A stretch of DNA of 63,098 bases, filler included, from Intoshia linei (Eukaryota; Animalia; Orthonectida), in NCBI GenBank assembly GCA_001642005.1. It is 6 parts of 6 records of this genome, joined end to end, with 100 filler letters (N's around TTAATTAATTAA, not from the genome) between each part and the next. Parts side by side here need not be neighbours in the genome. Positions count along the whole stretch, not along the records: positions 1 to 15,072 come from LWCA01000942.1; 5 more parts are not named here. One strand, written 5' to 3'. Shown one piece after another: positions 1-12,093 of the stretch. Each line of letters begins with the position of its first letter. Position 1 is the stretch's first letter. Position numbers and translations under genes: made by a program. The notes beneath the pieces are model-generated. The model was not told the DNA's origin. It saw only the letters and a list, made by a program, of their open reading frames with translations, and searched no databases.

Positions 1-884
1 TCGAGGTACAATATGAAACATGGATGACTACATATGTAGTCATCGGTCACTAATAAGTTAATATAGTGTTTTCAATTTGACCATCCTAACTTAAGGGAAA
101 TTTCCGATTATACCAAATCTTATGAGCAATAACTTTTTATCAAAAACCTTAAATAAAAAATCCAATTTTACCAAATATTTGAGAAAAACCTTTAATTCTT
201 TCATAAATCTTTTATATTTCATGTTTCCTTTGAGTCCAAAAAATAAATATTTTGAAATGGGCTCCGTAAACTATTTGAATCGGGACCACTGCATTAGTCT
301 AAATTAACAATTTAATCAAAGTTGGCTAAATCAGCTTTTGGAATCAAATTCTGTCTATTTTTTCTATAAGTTTGATATTTAATTCCAATTCAACTTTTAT
401 ATGGTTTTAGTGTATGAATGGGCCTATTAGGGTCAATAAAAATTAATTTTATGTAATGATCTATTATAATAATAAATAATTATTTCATCACTTTAATTTT
501 ATGTTTAATTTCTAATAGGAAGGAAATAAAAATGAAGAAACAAAAAAATTAAAAGAATAATTTAATAAAATAAACGAATCGAAAAAATTTCAATAGTGAA
601 TAACCATTACTACAAATGTAATGTAAATTAAATATTTATCAAGATTTATAGAAAAATTTACTCTTCTGAAAAGATTCTTGTCTTGAAGTTATCTTTCATT
701 GTTCCCTAGTAAACCACTCCTGTATATTACCATTATACACTTTCTTAACCAGTTTTATTTACAATAATTTATCAAATACAACGGTTCATCGATTATACGT
801 ACATCAAATTTAAAAAAAGTGTTTTATATATAAATGAAAATAATTTTGAGATTTTTGTAAGTTTTGTTTTGATATTACATCCTA

Positions 885-1845
885 TCCTAACTTATATAAT
901 ATGCTACGCGATTTTTGTTTGTGTGTGTGTTCAGCTTTATTTAAATAACTACCCGTCTTAGAATTTTATGAAGTTCACATTTCAATTACAGTTTTTTCCG
1001 GAACGCTTAATAAGATAAATTTCAACTTTCCAAACTCACATCTTACGGCTCAAAAACCCTAATTGTCCCTCTTGGTGAAAATCAAATGAGTTAAAAAAAT
1101 ATATACGCTGATACGAATTTTAAAATCATAAACATTATCATAAATTTAAATTTAAAAAAATTATATCTTCAGGACCAAAACCACAAATTACCCTTTTTTT
1201 AATAAAAAAAGCCCTAGAATTTAAAAAAATACACATGGTACAGTTGTATCCTGTTAACACACACAAAATGTCAATCGGAATAAGTGACGCCTCTACAGTT
1301 AAAAAAGCATTTTAGTATTAAATTATATTATAAATTTTAATTAGCCAATTAATATTGACGATATTGGTCCCATCATGCTGAAAATGTTAAACTATTGACC
1401 ATATATAATTTTAACTTTTCTGACTTTTGCTTGCCCTAATAATCACATTGAAAATAACAAAATAGGTTTTTATAATTTTATTTTGCTGGAATTTAATGCT
1501 ATTTTGATAATTTTTAGTATTGGACTGTTATTACTTTATTTTTAATATTATACACACATTCTGTCTAATAAAAATGGGATAACAATTGTTTTTAAAATTC
1601 TTTACGCAAATGTTAACAAACAAAAAATTAAGATGAAAATAATTCACTTTGAAGTAAAAAGTAATGTGATATGACGGTTCCACCTGAAACAAGTTTGGAA
1701 ACTACTCCTTTTAAGGATTAATAATAGTGAATAGTAGGATTTTTAAGTTAGATTTTCAACGTGAATTAATTTTTTTGGTAAAATAAAAATGTGCTCTCGG
1801 CAGAGCTAGGTGCTGTTTGTACGTAGTACATTACAGTCAATCTAG
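885..1845 (+). mobile_element. Non-autonomous Helitron-type element, apparently full length (reference copy of the window's main repeat family)
   Basis: Starts A|TCCTAACTTATATA and ends with hairpin CTGTTTGTAC-GTA-GTACATTACAG then CTAG|T. No TSD. The same termini recur many times in the window. Confidence 0.8.
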
Positions 1846-2189
1846 TATTTTACAATGTACATTGTAAATTTTATGAGTTCAACCTAGTTTGTTTATAATT
1901 ATGATTAATTTGTATAATCATAAATACTCAAAAAACTAAGTACATGTTATTATTAAAATTAGTAAACTGCGTTATTTTTAAATATTAGTTTTTCAAAACC
2001 AATGTCACAAATTAAAAATATAATTTTAAGGTTAATTAATACATTATTCGTACTTTTCTCAAAATTGTTTGAATATAAATATTACGCTACTGATAAATAT
2101 TCAAGAATTAATTATAGCTACAATTACTATTACACAAAAGGTGATACTATTGTTTTTATTAATTTAAATAATTCAAAGAAACGAAAAAG

Positions 2190-3715
2190 ATGGCAGATGA
2201 TCCAATTTTAGATTATAGACGCAGAAGAAGTTCTAATATTTCAAATCGTATATTTTTAATTAGACAAAAATTAAACTAAATATTATAAATTTATTTACCG
2301 ATTTGGTGACGGCGGGTAAGGTTTAAAATATTTGTCAATATTATTGCAATGATTGGGTCAAAATATAAAATACTTTTTACATACAAATTTAGGGGAAGTA
2401 TATGAAACTTATATTTTTAAATTTCCAATGTTTACAATTGACAATATACTTGACTTTGAAGAGCTATACAAAATGTACAAATCAGAAGGTTCTCTGGAGT
2501 TGAATGACATGTATTTATTTTTTTATAAAAAAATTCCCGTGAATTTTCTAAAAAATGAATCAAATAAGGCGAATGTTCAGTTGAGCGACATAATCATAGA
2601 TTTTACTAATTAATCATATTATTGATTTTTTGCCAAATTTTTTAACTAAAATTTTGTGGTGTTTTTAAAGGAAAATTTTATAGATCTAAAAAAATATAAT
2701 TTATATAATGATGATTTATTCATTATTATAGAGGGAATGATTTAAAAAAATATGTGTGAATTTTTGGGTTAGGGGTGGGATTCTAAAAAATGGTACCACT
2801 GATGTAAAGAATAGACGTCATAATTATTTACAAAGTAACATTATGATGTATGGAATTTTATCCTAAATGTATAAAAATTAAGACCTATTTAAAAACATGA
2901 ATTAATCATTTAAAATAACAGATCCAAATTATTGAAGCATTTAAATTTCAAATACACATCACAAGAAGTAATCAAAGTGTTTAACGAAATTGATGTTAAT
3001 AAAAATGGAAAAATTGAATTTTTAGAATTTTTAATGGTAATTTAATTAGTTATTATTTGAACATAACATAAATATTTGAATAATTATGTAGGAACGATTA
3101 GTTTATTTACTCTTCCCTCTCAACCCTCATCCATTAACACTCTAATATTTTCAGAATTTTTCGATGTAACTGGCAATAACGTTGAGCCAAGGTTGTTACA
3201 CAGGCACTGAAGAGATATGCAATATAATAATACTAGAATAAGTAATTTTGTTATTAGTATGTTAACAAAGTGGAAATAAAAAGTAGAATATATAGATTTT
3301 AAAGATTACATTAAGTATTGGACGAGAGGATCCAATTTTTTTATGTCTGTATGGGCCTATAATTTTCATCGAACCGGGCTACTGTTGGCTCTCCATTATC
3401 ATGTTTTTATCTTTTTTTTTGAATTGACACCGCTCTAAAATTTATTTGGTCAAGAGTATCCTATTTAATCTATTGATTACACATTTACATTAAAAATTTA
3501 GAATTAGTATCGTTAAAAAAATTTTCAAAATTTTAACTAGATGCGCCCTTGACATTTAAAACATATTTATCATTCCATTAGCAGGTCTCTAATTTATTTA
3601 GTTTATGATTCAAATAACAAAGTGTGAAGAAAATCCGTCATTAGCAAACTTAGATGAAAATTTACATGTGAATGCATTGATTGACAATCTGTTAAAATAC
3701 AATATTGTATATTAA
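2190..3715 (+). CDS. Small spliced EF-hand calcium-binding protein
   Basis: ATG 2190 (MADDPILDYRRRRSS). Exon ~2393-2510 (GEVYETYIFKF...LELND) splices in frame to 2922-3036 (SKLLKHLNFKYTSQEVIKVFNEIDVNKNGKIEFLEFLM), which has the canonical EF loop DVNKNGKIEFLE. Last exon ~3602-3715 ends in TAA. Confidence 0.7.
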
Positions 3716-3806
3716 AATTTTAATTTAAATCATAAATTGGGTCAATACAGTTTTTAACCATAAGTAACATACAACAATAAAAGGAATACTTTCTGTATAA
3801 ACAATT

Positions 3807-4655
3807 ATGGGGCCAATAAAGAGGCAACACCAATTTGTAACTTGTTATATTTGCAACCGCAAATTTACAAATGCTTCATTGCCTATACACGAACCGCAAT
3901 GTCTTATCAAATGGAAACGAGAAAACAATGATCTTCCCAAATCAAAACGTTTAAAAACACCAAAAAGACCTCCAGCTTTAACTGCAGATAAAGAAGGGAA
4001 ATACAATTTGGACGCTATTAATGAACAATCCTCGAAAATAGCTGAATCACTTTTAATTCCATGTAAAAAATGTAAAAGAACATTTGACCCTTCAAGAATA
4101 ATGAAACATGAATCAATATGTTTGAAAAGTAATATAGTTCCACACAGAAAAGTAAAACAAAATAATAATTAATTTCACCTAAATTTAGAATTTAGCAGAA
4201 CCAGCTGAAAAAGATGTCACATCACCACCAACATACAATGAACATATGCAAATAGTTTTACAATCGTCTTTTATTTTTAACATTATTTTTAGAAAACTGC
4301 AATAAAAAAAGTAGAAAAAGAAAAACCTATCCGTAAAGCTCAATTTGTAACTTGTTATATATGCGGTAGAGAATTTACTAGTGCATCTATAGGTATTCAT
4401 GAACCGCAGTGTTTAAAGAAGTGGCAAATTGAAAATGATAAACTACCCAAAAAATACAGAAGGCCAGAACCAGTGAAATCTAAATACGTGACTTTAGGAA
4501 AATCAAAACCAAACCAAGAAGAATTAAACATAATGTCCTATAAAGCAGCACAATCAAATTTAATTAGTTGTAAGATTTGCAAACGAACATTTGATCCTTC
4601 CAGAATTGAAAAGCATGAAAGTATCTGTCAAAAAATTAACAGTAAATTGAAATAA
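3807..4655 (+). CDS. ZNF474/ZNF475-like C2HC zinc-finger protein with two tandem repeat modules, 3 exons
   Basis: Two copies of VTCYIC.R.FT.AS..IHEPQCL.KW..EN..LPK, each followed by C..CKRTFDPSRI.KHESIC. Short introns ~4129-4194 and ~4255-4292 restore one frame. Confidence 0.85.
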
Positions 4656-4681
4656 TATTGTAAATTGTATTTACAATAAAA

Positions 4682-5425
4682 CTAGGTAGTCATCGTAATA
4701 TAGGTAATGAGAAGCAAAAAAGTAAATATCATTATAGTTCTGAATGATTCAAAAGGGTCTGTGTGACCATTGGCACTTACATCTTCACATTCGTATTTTG
4801 GTTTATTTTTGGAAAACCAATCATTCAAATCATCTTGAGTGAATTTGTGTTTTGTAAAGTCATAATTAATCTGTTTATCTGATTTAATTCGGTTAGAATT
4901 GTATTTATTATTGGACCAACTTTTACTCTTATATGAATTTTGGTAAAATTTACCTTGGTAAGTGTATTGAGTATAATTTGTATAATCATTAGGGTGAGAC
5001 GATCGTTTATATGAATATCTCCAATAATCTGTCCCTCCATAAATATTATCATCGTAAACGTCTTTTTCATTTACATTATTACTGGAAGGTGTGTTGCTGG
5101 CGTTATATACTCCATATCGTATGTTTTTATCATATTCAGAGCGTGAATTGGCATCTTTAAGAGTCTTATACGCTTTATTGACAAGTTGAAAGTCGCGAGT
5201 TGCTTTTCTCTTCTTTGAAGCAGGATAAAGATCTGGATGTAATTTTTTTACCTTTTCCAAATATTTTTTTCTAATTTCAATATTTGTTGCATTTTCAGAT
5301 ACTCCAATCAATTTATAATAATTAACGTGCGAATCGTTTGAGAAGTATCGGAAAGATAATTTATTTACATTTGAACGAGTTATATTCAATAATTCATTTT
5401 GTGTGACAAATTTCCAAAATTTCAT
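4682..5425 (-). CDS. DnaJ (J-domain) protein, probably mitochondrial, with C-terminal transmembrane helix (DNAJC4/DNAJC30-like architecture)
   Basis: Intronless 247-aa ORF. J-domain NYYKLIGV...LHPD...FQLVNKAYKTL...RSEYD, basic N-terminal presequence-like region and hydrophobic C-terminus. Confidence 0.85.
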   Translation of the reverse strand: MKFWKFVTQNELLNITRSNVNKLSFRYFSNDSHVNYYKLIGVSENATNIEIRKKYLEKVKKLHPDLYPASKKRKATRDFQLVNKAYKTLKDANSRSEYDKNIRYGVYNASNTPSSNNVNEKDVYDDNIYGGTDYWRYSYKRSSHPNDYTNYTQYTYQGKFYQNSYKSKSWSNNKYNSNRIKSDKQINYDFTKHKFTQDDLNDWFSKNKPKYECEDVSANGHTDPFESFRTIMIFTFLLLITYITMTT

Positions 5426-5517
5426 TAATTGTAATAAAATTAGTTTCTAATCAATGTTAGTATTACCATATAAAAGGACATTATATCGTTCTATAGTATA
5501 TACTTTTTAAATTTTTT

Positions 5518-7503
5518 ATGTCAAATAAAAGACCAGAGCATTCTGGACCGCCTGAATACTACTATGATGATACCGAAGCTGATAAATATACAAATAAGTA
5601 ATTTTTTGAATTCTTGTACAAAATGTATCTAATCAGTTAAATCTGAGGTTAAACCGTTTAAAATAGTGTTTCCTAACCTTTTTTATGCTAGGCCCCGTTT
5701 TTACTTTTAAAAAAATTCCAGGCCTCACTGAAAAAAAATTCGAGCGAATTATAATAAAATAATGATAAAAACAATAATGTATTTATTTTTTAGAATTAAT
5801 GAGACGATTGAGCCTGACGATTCTGACAGAGTTTATTAATATTAGGTACTAATGTTGTAAGCTTTAATCGAGATCTTTCCTTTTTGAAATTTGTAGTCTA
5901 TTTTTTTGTCAGTAAGTCTAAAACTGCACTAAACCAGCATTCTGCTAAATAAGAGGATGGAAATGGCAACAAAGCAATCCTAGCAAAAGTAGTTCAAGTC
6001 GGATAATTTTGCATATACTTATCAATTTAGTTAAATTTGAATTAAATAGCCCACGATTATTAAAGATATATTTGTTTTTTGTCATTCTAATAATTTAATA
6101 ATACAATTAATTGGTTTAAGTATCACATAACCACTTATAAACCTGAAAATATTGTATAAAATTAACAATAAATTAATCTAAAATTTCATAATCCTATAAA
6201 TTTGTAATATTTCCCAGGCCCCACCAAAAATTTCGTCATGCTTCACCAGTTGGGCTGGCCCTACGGTTGGGAAACACTGGTTTAAAATGACCAATCAGCT
6301 TTAATAAATTTAAACGCATTTTTTTACTTTTGCTTTGTGTCATTAGATTGATATCTTAAGAAATGGGAGTTTAAATGAAAATTGTATTATTTTAGCTCGC
6401 GAATTATTTTTATTCAATCAGAATTGACTAAACGTGCATACGAATTATTGGAATTAGACGAAGACGAACCTAAATTGATTCTTGATATAGGGTAAACTCA
6501 TAAAAATTTAAATTTACCGTAAATAGCTGCGGCTCCGCATTGAGCAGTCAATACCTATCTGAAATGGGTCATCACTGGGTCGGAGTAGATATTAGCAAAA
6601 GCATGTTGGGTAAAATTTAAAGTTTGGTTATTATAGATATGTATTAGAATTTCGAAATGTTGTTTATTTTTATTTATTATATTAAATTTTATGGCGCATA
6701 TTTGATAACTATATAGTACAGGCAATATTTATTGTTATTAATAATTTATTATCAATCTTTAGATGTTGCACTCGAACGTTCTGATGATGGAAATTTAATT
6801 TTATCTGATATGGGCCAAGGTTTGCCATTTAGACCGGGTATGTTTGATGCTGTTATCAGCATTTCTGCTGTTCAATGGCTATGTGTATCAAATTCTTCGA
6901 GTGAAAATCCTGTAGCAAGATTATATAAACTTTTTACCACTTTATTTGCAATCATGGTTTAACAATTTTGAACATTTTTTAATTATTATTAGACAAGAAA
7001 TTCCAAAGCAGTTTTTCAGATATACCCTGAAAACGATCAACAGGTATAATATGCATTATAATTTAATTTTTGTTTAGTTAAATTTAATTCAAAATCAAGC
7101 TTTGAAGGCTGGTTTTGTTGGTAATATTTCAAGTTAAATTTAATTTATTTGTTAATTATTATTATAGGTGGAACAATTGTAGATTTTCCACAGTGTGCGA
7201 AAAAAAAAAAGTGAAATTTCTTTTTTTAATTTAAAATTGTATTTTTTAGAATTTTTTTAATTTTGTTTGCCGGAGGAAATTTTGAATCTATGCCTAAACC
7301 TTTAAAAGAGTATTATACACAAAAAATTAAAGAAAAACCAAAAAAATTTAAAATCAAAAAGGGTTCAAAAGCTTGGATTCTCAAAAAAAAAGAAAAAAAT
7401 AGTCATGGATTGTTATTTATTTATTTTATTTTTATACATTATCATGTTTAGACCCATCAAACATAGCAAGTACACTGGAAGAAAAAGGAAGGATCGATTC
7501 TAG
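5518..7503 (+). CDS. BUD23: 18S rRNA guanine-N7 methyltransferase BUD23/WBSCR22 (multi-exon)
   Basis: MSNKRPEHSGPPEYYY, LILDIG|CGS, WVGVDISKSML, DMGQGLPFRPGMFDAVISISAVQWLC, AVFQIYPEN, AGFV|GG.IVDFP and C-terminal SKYTGRKRKDRF*. Confidence 0.95.
5664..6279 (-). mobile_element. Internally deleted hAT (Buster/Charlie-like) element in BUD23 intron 1
   Basis: TIRs TAGTGTTTCCTAACC / GGTTGGGAAACACTG and a perfect 8-bp TSD GTTTAAAA (5656-5663, 6280-6287). The minus strand retains hAT dimerisation-like peptide FARIALLPFPSSYLAECWFSAVLDLLTKK. Confidence 0.85.
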
Positions 7504-7601
7504 TTTTTTCAGAGTATGTATAATTAAACTGTATATGATATCTTTAATTTTCATAAAAATGATGTTTAAATTTTCTTTTTACGTGGTGGTTTATCGGTTG
7601 G

Positions 7602-10600
7602 TTATAGCCCAGCTATATATTCATACGCTTGTAGCGAGGAAACTAGTATATATATGATCCATAACAAGACGAAGAATGCAGCAAAAATATATTTCCATGG
7701 TGAAGTTCCACCCAATTCGGCTCGTCCAAATAGGCCAACGTATCGCCTTACAAATAGCAAAACTATACACATAATTGCCATGCATGTATAAATGATGACA
7801 CTAGTATTTAAAGTTCCAACATCCACATCAAACGCGACACCCTAAAATTAGTTAACAAATCTTATTTTGTAAAGTTACCTTTATAGCCCAGTAAATGGCG
7901 GCAATTGTCCAAGGCAACCCTAACCCAAGAAAGACATTGACTGAATTGGAACCAGTTACGTTACCGATAGAATTGTCTGCGTTTTCTTCTGTTATTGCAG
8001 CCGTTTTCGAAGCAAACAAATCAGGAAGACTTGTACCCAAAGCTACAAATGTGATGGCAGTGACGCTATCTTTTAATCCTATAAGACTACCAAAATGTGA
8101 CGCCAAATCTCCAATTAAGGCAGTTAATAATCCAATCATAGTTAATGATATACAAAACGATAACCACCCTCCAGCATACTGAGTTGGTGGGATTATTGCA
8201 AAAATTACCTAATTTAAATTAGAATATTTTTTTTACTACTCACTTTCCATATGATTGTCAAAAAGTGCATAACGTAATCAATATTTGTAGCATCTTCTAT
8301 TTCACCTCCATTTACATTCAACGCATTTCTAAATTGTGCTGAATATGAGGTTGTTGATATTTCCAGTGCTTCCTAAATAGGGTATGTAAACTTAAATTAA
8401 AAAATTTATATTACTAGTAAATCTTTATCCTTTAAATTTGCCATTCTTGATGAAATGTTTTCCAAATCTAAATAAATTTAATACAATTAAAAATTATAAA
8501 TTACATTTATCTTCCATAAAATTAACAATTGTGAATTTTATTTCTCCTATAAAAGATCCTTCATTAACGGTTAGTAATTTAAATATGTAATTGCTGTCTT
8601 TCAGCTAAATTAATAATTAAAACGTTGATCTCGTTTGATTTTTTATTAAAAATTTACCGCCATTTCTTTTTTGTTGATTTTAAGGGTTTTGATTTTTTCA
8701 CTGTGAACAAAAAGTAATTTTCCATTTGATAGTGGTGTTTCATTGTCAGACATGTTGTAAATAGCCCATTCAACCCATGCATTTCCATCTGCTCCATTTC
8801 GACGTATGACTGCAATTGAAATATCGTCGCTGCTTTCTTTTTCCAAATAACAAGGTTGCGAAAATTCAAATGTTCCAGGTTCTAATATACAATGATTTAT
8901 GATTAAATAATTAATACCGTCATCATTTAAAATTACAATATTAATCTTTGAAATTGAACCCAATGTAACTTGATTATGGTATTCTTCCAGAACTTCCATT
9001 TCCATATAGAAATGTTCATCCGGTTCATATTCATTGTCTAATTTATAATATTTATTACTGATACAATTCTACACTACTTATTACTTAACTTACATAATGG
9101 TTATTAACCATTATATAAATATGTATACTATATCTTTAGTGAATTTATTTTTTTGGTATAATAAAAATGTGCCCTCGGCAGAGCTAGGTGCTGTTTGTAC
9201 GTAGTACATAACAGTCAACCTAGTATTATATATAACATTCTTTGAATCAATATAAATCAAACCGTCTATTATATTAACGAAAATTGTCTTTTCTGCTTCT
9301 CCTGGTCCAAATTCAACGATTTTATCAACCAGTTCATAATCTTCATTAACTTTAGCTTCTCCATCAGTGGTAAAAACACTATTAATTAATAAAATTCATG
9401 GATCTCAAGTTGAGACTCTCAATATCTCAATATGACGCAAAAATGAAAAATGTCATGAACCCCGAAAAACTATGTTTAATCTATGGAACCTAATATACAT
9501 TGTGTTCAAAAATTATTATTTTTAGGTGCCATGAAATTTTACATTGAAATTGATTCTACGACGAAAAAAGTTTAGTGACACTATACTAAAAGTATAGATT
9601 GTCACCGTACCACATCAATATATAAATACGTGTCAACTAATGAAAAATTACTGCAACTGAAAAGAGTTTTTTAAATTTCCTTGTCTAATAATTTTAATAT
9701 CAATTTGACCAATATTTTCGAGAGCATCAATGTGACTTGAATAAAACTGGACAACTGATTTTTTGTCAGATTTTCCGGAAAATTTAACATCACTTTGAGC
9801 AACAGCTTTATCATCCATATTATTATGCAATATGACCTTTTGATATACCTAAATACAAAATGTAAATCAAAATTGAACATGTATGCCATAAATCAATTCA
9901 ATTTCTGTCAAAAATTAGAAATAAGTGATAAATTTACACATGTATTGAAGAAATATCAATTACTCTTTCAACATCATCATTTAAAACTGTAATAATTTTC
10001 CTTCCACCTCCAAGCATTCTTGTAGAATTGATTCGATACCAAAGACGTGATTTCTTCTTTTGGTCTTTTAGAGACTTGATTACAATATTTTTAACGTCAT
10101 GTTCAGGCATGTCAGGGTTTTCTTTGATAATTTCCTAATAGAAATTATAATGCTACTTAAATTTAAAAAACATTACTTTTATAATATTAGAAATGGCATC
10201 ATCACGATCCTCTTCATTGAGTCCCAGTAAATGCTTATCAGCTAAAGAATACTAGATAATTTGAAATGCGAATTAATTTACTTAATTGAAATGTTGGCTC
10301 TTCATGTTTAGTTTTAATCATAAAATTTTTATCGGTAAGGTAAGCTAAAATTACAAGTAATGGGAAAAGTAATAAGGTAATGATTGCTTCCCACAACGTG
10401 ATTTCTTCAGGTGAGATGTAGGAAATGATTAATGCAACCCAAATGTATGCAAACACACTGAAGAAAGCGGTAATACAAAACACTTTGATGGCTTTGATAC
10501 GGCGGATTTGTGGAGATGGAATGGAAATTATACATATTGCGGTGATCACCATAAGATTAAAAGCGGCTGACCCAACAATTGTACTGGGGCCCAATGAACC

Positions 10601-11042
10601 CACACAAAAATTATTGGAAACTATTTCAATTATAGACAAGAGTATTTCAGGTGCGCTACTTCCTAGAGCCATCAGAGTCAAATTTGCAACAGTGTCATTC
10701 CACACAGGTATTTCTACCATTCGTACTTGTGTCTTTCCTTGACCAGTTAGTGTTTTAACAGATTTTGTTTTACTGGTTATTCTTTCTATTGCGCACATGA
10801 ACATGTCCGCTAGATTCATATTTAATTTTATACATTTAGTAATTACCCACAATGGCTACTCCCAGAAAACACCATAACAATAACAATCCATATAATATAG
10901 ATAATAAGATTCTAGTAGTCATGCTGTATATATACATTGCAGGAATAAAGACTCCAGAAGATAAGGTTACTAAACCTAGTTCATTTTTGGCGCTATTTCT
11001 GGCCAATTCACTCATTTGTTTGCAAGTCAGAATTTTTTCCAT
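7602..11042 (-). CDS. NCX: Sodium/calcium exchanger (SLC8/NCX family), multi-exon
   Basis: Alpha-1 repeat [17 protein letters not shown]...[12 protein letters not shown], alpha-2 repeat [14 protein letters not shown]...[14 protein letters not shown], Calx-beta exons and C-terminal GRAELGG. The true 5' end may include an upstream exon. Confidence 0.95.
9082..9223 (+). mobile_element. Short internally deleted Helitron copy in an NCX intron
   Basis: Family 3' end CGGCAGAGCTAGGTGCTGTTTGTACGTAGTACATAACAGTCAACCTAG|T, with a degenerate 5' motif near 9082. Confidence 0.7.
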
Positions 11043-11732
11043 GCTGAAATTTAAAATTTAATTAGGTGATAATGATTTATATTCAAATTATAAAGTTGTT
11101 TAGCATTTAGTTACATTTCCCAATTGGCATACTAAAAAAATAACAAAAGATCTATATTTGTATCTATGAATGTAATATTATTCTGTACAAAAATACATTG
11201 CTATTGTATTAACATGTTACACTTTTTGGGTTAGTTTTAAAATAAGTATCGTGTCCAAGGTGTGATATAACGGTTAATTTGAAACAAATGTATATATAAG
11301 AATATTTATATCTATTTACAGAAATGTTGTCTAGTATTAAAAACTGATTGACACAACGTGATTAATAATAATGTATTTAATTATTACTTAGATAACCATT
11401 TGTTTTAATATTTCAGAAAATTTAATACTATTTGTAATTATTAGGTTAAAAATCTCAAATAACAGTGTTCTACATTTTTTTAATTAATATGAATCCAATA
11501 TTTGGATAGAATTTGTTATAATAATATATTACTAAAATCGATAGATATATGACATTTATCGGTCAAGCATTATCGCATTCAATATATATTGTTTTCATTG
11601 TTATTTTTTAATGCAATTCACATATAATCGATATATTATTTATATATGAAAGGAAACAACCCTCAGTAATAACTGACCCTTAAATAATCACTTACAGTGT
11701 TGAGTATTCAATTGTTTTTAACCATTAATTTA

Positions 11733-12051
11733 TTAAGTCGTTTCATAAGTAATGTCGTTTTTATTGTAACTTTATTATAAATCATTATATCTTTACGAAT
11801 ATTTACTGTAAGTGCGTTATTTTTTTATTTTTACGAAATATGGACAAATGTGTATTCGATGAAAGAGTAATTTCCGATGACAGACATATTTTTAATTAGT
11901 ATTTAGAGAAACAAGTTGGATGATTATGATGGTCATATCAGACATATTTTACTTTATGAGTTTCATATGGGGCATACCGTATCGGAAACTAATGAAAATA
12001 TATGTAATGTTTATGGCAAAGATGCTATCAACATACGAAAAACTCAAAGAT
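11733..12051 (+). mobile_element. Mariner-type transposon 5' part (TIR plus N-terminal HTH relic)
   Basis: TA|TTAAGTCGTTTCATAAGTAATGTCG TIR and peptide HIRHILLYEFHMGHTVSETNENICNVYGKDAI typical of mariner/SETMAR HTH. Ends at the single N. Confidence 0.8.
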
Positions 12052-12093
12052 NATATATGAATAAAAATTTTTTATTAATTTTTAATTTCCCGG

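Noticed and set aside
1795-1845. Recurrent palindromic motif that could suggest CRISPR repeats or a structured ncRNA
   Set aside because: Dispersed on both strands, not regularly spaced, and always the 3' end of a longer repeat. Explained as a Helitron terminus.
7895-8182. Antisense or alternative-frame ORFs over NCX, NSF, LAR and the AAA ATPase (e.g. 7895-8182, 10425-10742, 26611-26943)
   Set aside because: Shadow ORFs opposite well-supported genes, with no independent motifs.
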